Origin: Geosiphon pyriformis uo1 | Lineage: Eukaryota > Fungi > Glomeromycota | Direction: 5' to 3' | DNA: 64,000 nt | NCBI GenBank assembly: GCA_016748015.1 | Contig: JAAOMT010000591.1 | Span: forward strand, 72,160 to 136,159 | Shown: piece by piece, positions 51,272-61,600 of the stretch | Numbering within the stretch: position 1 is the first letter of the stretch | How the letters are laid out: each line of letters begins with the position of its first letter | Made by a program: the position numbers and the translations under genes | Notes under the pieces: generated by a model | The model's database searches: none | Told to the model about the DNA's origin: nothing | What the model saw: the letters and a program-made list of their open reading frames with translations, nothing else

Positions 51272-53327
51272 ACAATAGGAAACAAAGTGAATTTTAACAA
51301 CCTCACAGGAAGCACCACTTTTATGTTATAGATTAGAGTAATAAGCTAATGGATAGCAAAGGAGAACAGAATTGTAAGGTGATGAAAATAATCAAAGGGA
51401 ATTCAATTTCAAAGAGCAAATTGAATGAGTATGAATTCAATGTGCGAGATTAGTCTCATAAAATATCTCAGTTACTATTCTTTTCAAAAAGTAACTAGGA
51501 AATCTAAAGGTAGAAGAATAGTCCGTACTGTCAATAAATGATCACACTTGATATAATTCTATGCCTTATATCAGCGCTCTTAGAATTCAATATCAAGTAT
51601 CAGATGTGCTCTTCAGTCATGTTTTATTCAATAATTTTCAAATGCTACACTTTATACATTTCAGGAAAAAGTAAGAAAATACCAACAAATGATCTTTTAT
51701 CCTAAAATGTTTAGATACTTGAAGGTAAAGAAAGAGAATTTAGCAATAAGAAAATAATTAAGATGAAAGTTGTTATTTTATTTCTTTTTTTTCTTTGATT
51801 CTTACATGCTTTTTTACAGTTAAGAGATTTATCACTTATATAACTATCAAAAGTGGTTAATGATTAGGTCAACAACTAGGTCAATAATCAGGTTAATGAT
51901 TAAGTCAATGATCAGGTTATTGATTAAGTCAATAATCAGGTCAATGATCAGGTTAATGATCAGGTTATTAATCAGATCAATGATTACTTTCTAAAAATAG
52001 AGTGGCTAATTTATATGTCATTAGTGTCTAATACATGTAATATTCAATGAGAAGTATAAGTTTTAACCATAACAATATATAAGCATGCAATGGCTTCCAA
52101 ATTAATGTGACTATATGTTGTTTCTAAGGAAAATCTATCTGTTAAAAATTACTTAGAATGGACCTAAAATGAAACAAATTTTATGTTTAAGTTAAAGTAT
52201 GAACAAGTCTTTTTTATTTACAAGCAATTATTAACTTTTGCACTGAAGTTCATTTCAATAGGTCTTCATTAAGACTTGCAGCTAGACAAATGTTTATACC
52301 AATTTGGTCTGCTTGGTGCCATTCTATTTACCAATTAATTAAAATTCCTAATGAAGAACAATGGCTATAATTAAAGCCTGAAGTTTGCAAGCTGATTCAA
52401 GAAAAAATTGTAATTTCTCAATCTAAACTTTCAAATCAACATCAAGGCCATGATACAATATTTAAAGAAATTAACAAAATGCTCAAATCATTAATTTTTT
52501 CTACACCTTCACAATGGCATTGGAAAATTGCAGTGCATAACTGTATCAAATTTGAGAAATTGCATACTAACTTCTTTAATGTCATCAGATATTCTAAAAG
52601 TGAAATATACAGATCTCATACACATCCTAGCTTTATTGCTAAATCAAATCAATTTTGAGTTCAGATAAAAAAAACACAGTTTGTAAATCCAAATGTCTCT
52701 AATCATGTTTTTTATAATATTGGCCATGAATAGATATTAAGTGAAGAAATGAAAAAATTCAGTGAAATTGCATGGATGAAAAGAATAGACTTTCTTAAAG
52801 CAAGGCAAATTAAGAAAACATTGTTAAGTACTTGGAAACCAATTCCAGTAACAAGTGAAGAAGCAGATCATCAAAAAATATAAATCTGTTAATAAAATCA
52901 CAACTATTATCTATTATTAACTCTCTAATATCTCTTTTAAGTGATTATGTTTTTGAAACTTATCAAGTTAATTGTGTAACAGCTTAATAAATATTCTTTA
53001 AAAAGTTAGAAATATATTGTATTGTGTACAGTTTTGTTTATATAGGGTTGGATGTATTACTATTTATAATTGGCATTTTTAAAACATAATATGTTTAGTC
53101 TAGGTCCGAATCTCCATTTTGCATGATTATGTTTAGATTATGAAAAGCATTCAACATGGATTTATTTGCCCCAAAAAAGTTGATTTTTAATACATCTTTA
53201 AAACTATCAGTCAAACTTTTGCTTGCTAATATTAAATATTGGTCAAATGATAAATATGATTGCTAGTATAGAGCTCTTTTTTAATTGTGAATGCCAAAGT
53301 TGGTGTAAAAATGTATTTATTGAGTAT

Positions 53328-54030
53328 TGTTACAGGTTGGAATAACAAGTTAATGGATAGCAAAGGAGAACAGAATTGTAAGGTGATGAAAATAATCAAA
53401 GGGAATTCAACTTCAAAGAGTGAATTGAATAAGTATGAATTCAATATGTGAGATCAGTCTCATAAAATATCTCAGTCACTATACTTTTCAAAGATAACCA
53501 GAGAATCTGAAGATAGAAAGATAGTCCATACTGTTAACAAATAATCACACTTGGTATAATTTTATGCCTCACATTGGCACTCTTAGAATTTAATATCAAG
53601 TATCAGATGTGCTTTTTAGTTATGTTTTATTTAATAATCTTCAAATATTACAATTACACATTTCAAGAAAAGGGTAAGGAATAACCAACAAGTAATCTTT
53701 TATCTTTAAGATGTTCAGATACTTGAAAGTAGAGAAAAGAAAATTAGTGATAAGAGAGAGATTGAGATAAAAGTTGTTATTTTATTTATTTTATTTCTTT
53801 GATTTCTTTATACTTTTTTACAGCTAAAATATTCATCACTTATATAGCTATCAAAAATGGTCAATGATCAGGTCAACGGTCAGATCAATAATCAGGTTAT
53901 TGATTAGGTCAACTATCAAGTCAATAATCAGGTCAATGATTACTTTCTAAAAATAAAGTGGCTAATTTATATGACATCATTGGCTAATATATGTAATAAT
54001 TAATAAGAAGTATAAGTTTTAACCATAACA
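53328..54030 (-). mobile_element. Element E: solo LTR of family 2
   Basis: Aligns end to end with the D LTRs; TG...CA ends; perfect TSD GTAT on both sides; no PBS or PPT. Confidence 0.95.
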
Positions 54031-54848
54031 GTATATATTGGAATCCTCATGCTTTGAGTTTTATTACTGGTCACATTTCTCTTCTTAAGGAAAGGTAAAT
54101 TCGAACTCCATTCCCAGTTGATTTGTTCAAACAATGTCCCATTAACAAACTTGTTTCTGAAGGATCTCATTGGACCATTATTCTTACTCATAGGTTTGTT
54201 AATTTCTTATCCCAATATGGAAAAAAAATAATCTCATTAGCCAAAGTTTGATTCAAAGTAACTTCATTGATACCCACAGCAATAGTTTCTAAAGCACTAC
54301 TAACCTCTGAAGCACCACCAGTCTCCAAAGCACCAAGAGCAGCAGTACTGTATTATATGTCAACTATTATTAAAACTCTTATAATACCTGCAAACAACAA
54401 GCCAAATATAATAGTTCTGTTATTGTTTTCTGATAATGATGATGGCTTATAAAGAAGAAGAGTAATTGAATGTTGTAATATTTCAGAAATTTTGTTTAGT
54501 GTTCTACAATCGTTTCCAGAAACTTTTCTAATTTTTTTTACTACCATAAAAAAAATGATTTTCATTGACAAATCGGGAAATTTTCCTGACTGTATATGTT
54601 TGATTAAATATAAGATAACATCTGATGTTTATATCTAATATTATATAATTATAGTGTGACTATAGAGAGTGAAAATTACTTATATTCTGCTATTATATTT
54701 GTGGGAATTAGGACTATAAGGAGATATATATAGTAAAAATGACTATAAGAAGATAATATTATATATAAATGGTTTTGGTTTTTAAAAAAATGTGATTATA
54801 AGAAAATAGTGACTATAACCAGAGGGACTATAGAAAGAGTTCACTGTA

Positions 54849-54992
54849 TTGGTTTATATAATTTTAAGAAAGCAAAGTTTTGGCTCATTTTTTTTCACTT
54901 TTAGCTAATAAATAGCTTTCAAAAAGATCAGAAAATGTTTTTTGAATAAGTCATTTATAATTTATCAATAATAAATGGTGTTGAAAAGCCAT
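54849..54992 (-). pseudogene. Ginger-like transposase, N-terminal piece
   Basis: MAFQHHLLLINYK*LIQKTFSDLFESYLLAKSEKK*AKTLLS*NYINQ continues in frame (CAA TA|T ATT AAG) into 12031 once the pogo element and one TA are removed. Confidence 0.65.
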
Positions 54993-55162
54993 AAAAAAAT
55001 GCATCAAATATCAATACTTTGATTTTTTTGATTGGCTAATGAAAGGAAAACTTTTTACTGGCCAATTAACCAAATAATGTGATTGGTTGAGTTAATTCAG
55101 AATCAACACAGTGTTGAATTAATGATTCCGAATTAACTCAAATCCTGTTTCAACTCATGACA
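54991..55162 (-). repeat. Right TIR of the Ginger-like element
   Basis: Reverse complement matches 6315-6513 apart from one ~28-bp indel; similarity stops at the transposase ATG (54992). Confidence 0.9.
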
Positions 55163-55946
55163 TATATAATTTTCATATTTAAAGTATTTTACATTAATAC
55201 TAAAATCAATATTGTAAATATGCAATTTAAAATTGCATATTAAAAATTCTGATATATTTACTTTTGTTTTGTAAAGTTTTTTATTTGTGTGTAAATTTCC
55301 AAACATCATAATAAAAAAGCTTATTTTGTATATTATTCACCTTTACATGAATGAACTGTTTATTGGGTATTAGAACTTTTCGTAAGATATGAGAAAATTT
55401 AAATACCAAATATAATTTAAATCTCAAAGTACTGTAACGAATCAGTCTTAGTCTTCAAATCGAACGGTTAAATTTTCACCACTCTGTTTTAATTACACAC
55501 GCAGAATAAGGGATAATAAACAGCAAAATCCATTGACTTTGAAAACTTATCTTTGTGTTTGCTTTACTCTTTTTCTTTTGTGATGTTTAGCTTATTGCTA
55601 TTAACATATCTAATGTTATAATTAACTATGGTACACACAGTTCACCAACACCTGGAATTTCAAGTCCTTTGTAACATCCATTATATGAATGATTTAGTAT
55701 AATTTTGCCTGAGATTATGTTGAGCAAAATGCAAGCTTGTTCAAACTCGCTAGTTTTTGAGGTGTTTAATATGAACTAACAGGTTTTCGAAGAAAATATT
55801 GTTGCAATATTTTAACAATTCATAACTTGATTAATTCTCTTGAAATAAATATGTAGAAAATTGATGTCAATCTTCTACATTATTGAAATAATAACTATAC
55901 GATGTTATTTCTTCAATACCATTCAATTGGATAAAAAAAAGTTGAA

Positions 55947-57123
55947 TTATTTCTGTGCAACCAAGATCTCATCGAGAACCTTATTCAATCCACCCACCAT
56001 CTCATCTGGAATTGTTTCGAGCGCCTTTAATTCCCTACCAAAAACCTCACCGAGTTTCTTGCACAACACGGGCAAAACATCTTCAACACTTATATTGACC
56101 CCATTGGTTTTGTTTCGCGATTTTCCAAATTCTTTAGTGATCGAGGTCATTTTCTTGTTACTCAATCCACACGGAACGATATACTCAAACCAATCCAAGT
56201 CGGTGTTACAATTGAGAGCGAATCCGTGGGATGTGATATAGCGTTGGATCTGTATTCCTTTTAATCGAATCGAACAATTAAAAATTTAAAAGGATAAAAA
56301 AAATCAGGAGAATTTAATGATTACTGTACCAATCGCGCAAATTTTCTCCTCTCCAACCCATACACCTGTGTGCTCGGTTTTCCCAGCATTAATCTTATAT
56401 GCTGCACATGTCTCTATAATGACATGTTCAATGGCGGCTACATAACATCTTACCGAAAGCTTTCTTGGAAGAGTATTTGAATGAATTAAAGCCAAGGTAA
56501 GATTATTTCAATTTCATGCACAATAGAAAAATATATTGTAAAAAAATACCTTGAAATTTTTTAAATCGAAGATGGGATATCCGACCAACTGACCTGGGCC
56601 ATGAAAGGTAGTTTGCCCACCACGTAAGGTCTTTATATGTTTTTATCCAATTTTAAATAAATTTTTTTTTAAATTTTCTCCAACATTATTTTAAAATATT
56701 CTAAATATAAGACAGGGTTTTTTGTTCCTAAAGTCTTACTTTCGTTTATCTAAAGAATAACTAAGCAATAAACCCAACTTGAAAACATTCCGCACCCATA
56801 TCCCTTAATCTTGCTTCTTCGATCGCCTTCGCCGTTTTCCCTCTATCTCTTCTACCATTTGTATAGGTAGGTGGGTGTTGTAACAAAAGCAAAACATCAG
56901 TGGAGGCTATTCTTTTGTATCTCTCAGCTTCTACGGTTGAACAACCAGTTTTTAAAAGTTGGCGTGCGGTTAACCTCCTTGTAACAAGGTTTTCTTGAAG
57001 ACGGAGAGCAGTAGCATAGGGGAGTTGGGAAAGGTAAACGTAGGGCAGATATGAAGAGAAAGAATAATAGGGCGTTATACAAGGAAGAGAGAACAGCGAA
57101 CGGCCACGATTAACGAAAGACAT
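55947..57123 (-). CDS. LIP2: Mitochondrial lipoyl(octanoyl) transferase LipB/Lip2; 4 exons (57123-56779, 56630-56550, ~56459-56329, ~56258-55947)
   Basis: [61 protein letters not shown]; R/S-rich N-terminal targeting-like peptide; GT-AG introns. Confidence 0.95.
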
Positions 57124-58069
57124 AATTTTGATTCACAAAGTTCCATTAACCATTAGTATATAGTATTGATGTTTTTGTTATTTAAAGATAATATTTTAAT
57201 AAATTACACTTTGTCAAAGCAATAATTTAAAAATTATAATTAATATTAAATAAATTGAAATAATATTTTAATAAATTACAACTAATATAATATATTAATT
57301 AAAAACTATGTGTTATTTTTGTAATTTTATTTTTAAATTAAATTAATCATAATATTAATAAAATAAAATTCTTTTTTTTATTAATTTTTAAATCACAAAA
57401 AAGAACAAAGTTTTTTTGAAAAAGTTTTTTTTGTTTTTTTTTGTTTTATATATACATAATATTGAATTTGTTTATAAAATAGTAATTGGTTATAAAAAGT
57501 ATATTTGGTTGTTCAACTTTTTGGTTAAAACTATAATAGAAAAAAATAATATTTTATATACAAATAATTTGTGCATAAATTTATTAATAGTTTTTTTATT
57601 ACAGTATTTAAAGATATTAAATATTATAAAAAATTATAATGTGTGTTTTGGTTTAAAAATTTTTTGAATATTTGTTAAATAAATAAAAATATTGTATTTA
57701 ACAACTTTTTTATTTAAAAATTGATTATATTAAATATTTTTAACAAAAATATTTTTAAAAATAAGATTAAAAAGAATTTTAATTTCAATAATAATAAAAA
57801 TAAAATAATTAATATTAATATTAATAGTATAAAAAATAAATTTGTAAATAAGACTGGTTTTAATATAAGTAATAATAAAAAAGTTTTTAATTATTTAAAA
57901 ATTTAAAAAATTTAAAAATATTAAAACTGGTTTTTTTAAAAAAAAATATTGTAAATTAACAAACTTTTTTCTCTTCTTCATCTAAAATTTCCAAAAAAGA
58001 GTTAAAAGTTTTTTGAAAAAAAGTTTTTACAATTCAGTATAATAAATTCAATTTTTTTTTGCTTAATTA

Positions 58070-58639
58070 CAAGGTCACTATTGGCTGAAGTATTGCTGTA
58101 ATAAAAAAGTTTGTTAAAGGCTTTGGTGCTAATACTGTTGGCAAAAATATTGCCTCTAAAAAAAAGAAAAAGAGAGATGTTCTAAAAGATAGTACTATTT
58201 ATAAAATAATTTTTTCTAAAAAAGCAGTCAGTTGTTCTTGAATGTCTAAAGCTGATAATATTACCAAATCTAATAGTGTTAATATAAAAAAGAAGTATTT
58301 AGTAGAAAAAACCAGTGTAGATTATAAAAAAAAGGATGTATTTAATAAAAATAATTCTAACCAAATACCAAAAAGTCCAAAATTGATGACAAAAAAAGCT
58401 TTGAATATATTATTAAAAAAGATCAATTTTTTAAGTGATATTAATAATGATAATATTCTCTTAGATGCTTTTGTAGTTCTTTTTTTTTTGCTGAAAAATC
58501 CAGTCAATGTGTCTGTTAAGAATTCATTTGTTCTGAACATTAGTCTAGATAAAGTTGTTAAAAAATCATCTTAGAAGAAGCTTGTAGTTATTAGAAAGTT
58601 ATTTTTAAAAGTTAATGATTTTGGGGGGGGTCTCTACCC
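58070..58639 (+). pseudogene. Decayed ORF remnant, probably the N-terminus of a non-LTR (LINE) ORF1, interrupted by G
   Basis: Frame with stops: ...EKTSVDY...SFVLNISLDKVVKKSS*KKLVVIRKLFLKVNDFGG; same hypermutation pattern as the TEs. No diagnostic domain inside the window. Confidence 0.35.
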
Positions 58640-61600
58640 TGTTACTAGTAGAATTTTAGCTATTAATTAGCATGAAATTACCCTTATAATTCCTATAATT
58701 CATTAGTATATTAATATCATTTTAAATTATCATTTATTATTTAATCAATTATTACATATCAGAATTCAATTAAAATAATCTAATTAGTATAACAGAAAGT
58801 AGAATAATCAAATTACACAATACCCTGAACTTTGTAACATTCAAAAATTCACCGAAATTTACAGAAATTCGCCGAAATTTACAGAAATTTGCCGAAATTA
58901 TAAATAGTTCACCCAAATTAATCAATAGTTCAGCGAAATAACTTGTAGTTCATCAAAATGTATCTTTAGTTCGCTGAAATTTGAGTGAAGAGAAAAAGTG
59001 CAAGTTCATAGACTAGTACTACAACAAGTTGTATAAAAGAAGAGCTTTTCTCTTTTGGAAAATGTATCTTACTTTAGATTTATCACTTAGAACCATTCCT
59101 ACACACATAAAAAGAAATAAATATCAAATAATTTAAAAAACCAAATTCTTTAAATTATTGCACTCAAAACCCAACTAACATTTTGAAATTGATTAGCTAC
59201 CAATTTCAGTAAACTGTTAGTGACTTCAGGCCTGGATAGAAAACGTTTCTCTTGACAAAATTTTATTTCTTTTACATTTTTTTTATTTTTCTTTTCTTTT
59301 CTTATTACAATTATTAGGGTAGCCTACAGACAAAATTCCTGTAGAAGAATTGACTTTCACAGCAAAGTAACTATACATTTTAGTGAGCTTCCAGACAAGC
59401 AATTTTTGAGAAAGAGTTAACATTTATTACAACGTAACTACATAAAGTAACTGGCATAGAATTGGCCATTCCACTTATAAGCCCAGCAAGTTCAAATTAT
59501 AGAAGATAATTTGAAGATAAATTCAGTTATTGAAGATTCAACTACTTTCTGAGAACGTGAATTCACAGCAAATCAACATTACCAACATTTAAAAAAAGAG
59601 ACCAAAAACCTCTGGTAACATTTGGTGCTCTCTTATGGAAATAACACAACAACAACAAATTCAAAATGGTGACCACACCAGACACAGCAACTCTAGAGTA
59701 TTACCAGTCAATTTACACCCACTGTAAGCAAAGATTCAACATTCCAGACGGAATTGAAGTTGTAAAGAAATCAGTATACCAATACATTGAAAACTGCATC
59801 AACAATTATCTTTTTGGAAACTACAACATTTCAGAAGTTAGAAGCAATCTCTACAATAATTTAGTGCACTATTCACAATTGGGAACAGAAGACCTGAACA
59901 GTGAAACACTTGCTACCTACTTTCAAAAACTTAATTTTAACATTATTGAGTATTGTGAAGAAAAATACCCAGTACAGTCTAAATACTCTTTTGACTTTGA
60001 ATCAGAGACAAAAACAAGCAACAAAGGCAAACAAAAATTGAAGCAATACTTAAGAACCACTCCAAACACTTCAACACTACAAAAGACAACTGCCAAACAC
60101 TTGCAAACATCTGAACAAGGAACCAGTGTCAAATTACTGTTTTCTATTACACTATTTCCAATTTCACTTGTTCAACCACAAACACCAAGTTTACCACTTA
60201 GCCGTTTCTCCAGACCAGAAGATTTTCAGTCACCTAGAAATCCTACTCAACAGCAGGAACCAATATCAACAAGTGCCAATATCATTGATTACTTACAGGA
60301 AAACGAAAGTAATCACTCAGAAAGCTTGGAAAGTAAAGAAACTGAATCAGAACCAGAAAAAATTACAGAAAACGAAAAAGAAATGGCAACTGCTTACATT
60401 GCAAAAATCCCAGAATTCACTGGTAAAGACAATGATACCAGTCCTCAAGAATGGCTTGACAAAGTTCAAAAAGCAGGAGACACAAATGGTTGGATTGCAG
60501 CGAGAATGCTCAAAGCAATTCCCTACTTTCTTCAAGGAACAGCAGGAGAATGGTTTGAAAATTTAGAAGAATCATTTGAAAACTGGCAAGCATTCAAAGA
60601 TGCTTTTCTACAACAATTTACTAACAACAATACCTCTATCACTTTCAGAAACTGCTTTCACAATATCAAACAAGAAACATCTGAATCTGTTATAACCTAT
60701 CTTGAAAGATTTAACAAACTTCTTAGACGAATCTGACAATTGGAAACCAATGACTACTATTCTAATGCTCAAATTCTGGATCAGTTTATAACAGGATTAA
60801 AAGACAAACTGATTAAGAAAATCTGTCCACATGCTCCAGCAGACTTAGCAACTGCTATTAGACATGCAAAGAGCTATGAAATGACAATGGAAGAAGCAAA
60901 TCACACCAAACTTGTAAACCTTGCAATTGGAGAAACCAGCTCAGCAGCTGAAAAAAAGATAGACCAACTCACAAAGAAAGTTGAAAGCTATTTTACAAAT
61001 TAACAACAACAGCAGCAACAACCACAAAAATATCAACTACCACAACGATGCAACCAAAACAATTTTGGATTACCATCCAACAACCAATCTCAAAATTGTC
61101 ATTATTGTGGAATTCCAGGACACTGGAAATGAGATTGTAGGAAATTGCAAAGAAACCAACAAAACAGGAGTAATTAACGTTACTTTTCACCACAACAATT
61201 CTATTACCAATCTTCACCACCAACTTATTATTCACCAAGACCACAAAATCAAAACTACTATCCACCAGCTCCACAATCAATACAGCAACAATATCAGCAA
61301 TCTTTACCAATTCAGCCATATCAGACACCACCCACTCAACAATATCAAGTACCAGCAAGAAGATTGGTTCAACATAACCAATTCACATCCCAAAATCAAT
61401 TGCAAAATAACCACAACAGAATCAATTCAAATAACCAGTTGGTTCCCCGAAATTCGGGCCAGCAAAGATCCAATTACTATCACACTCAACCCAGTTATCT
61501 TACAATACCAGAGAAATCGAATTTTCAACAAACTGCACTTTCTGAAGATAAAGTTGCAGTGCTAAGATCAAACTCTTTCAACCATATCATTTCACCAGTT

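Larger units (their letters stand above)
44267..52074 (-). mobile_element. Element D: full-length Ty3/Gypsy (family 2, no dUTPase)
   Basis: LTRs 51324-52074 (5') and 44267-44993 (3'); PBS 51301-51317; PPT 44994-45010; perfect TSD ATAT. Confidence 0.95.
44140..52990 (+). pseudogene. DUF6589/Academ-like DNA transposase fragment split by element D (44140-44266 + 52079-~52990)
   Basis: QLQFFKKCSDHHKS*NLIYNI|YKHAMASKLM*LYV reads in frame across D; downstream SNQHQGHDTIFKEINKMLK fits the D-x3-E-x2-N-x3-K motif of this group. Family call is tentative. Confidence 0.5.
12034..54846 (-). mobile_element. pogo/Tigger-like (Tc1/mariner superfamily) DNA transposon, split by nested inserts
   Basis: TIRs CAATGAACTCTCTTTATAAT (12034) and CAGTGAACTCTTTCTATAGT (reverse complement ending 54846); TA TSD at 12032-12033 and 54847-54848; subterminal GACTATA repeats at both ends. 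Confidence 0.85.
6315..55162 (-). mobile_element. Ginger2/KRBA2-like integrase-type DNA transposon (~2.9 kb without nested inserts), outer shell of the nest
   Basis: ~170-200 bp TIRs with TGT...ACA ends (6315-6513 / 54991-55162). The transposase ORF reads in frame across the pogo insertion. No TSD recognisable (TGAT vs TATA). Confidence 0.8.

Noticed and set aside
55947-57123. Bacterial lipB by horizontal transfer or endosymbiont contamination
   Set aside because: Three spliceosomal introns and an N-terminal targeting-like extension indicate the ordinary nuclear LIP2.
57180-58060. ORFs 57416-57667 and 57721-57906
   Set aside because: Extremely AT-rich, low-complexity sequence with no motifs; probably terminally decayed repeat DNA.
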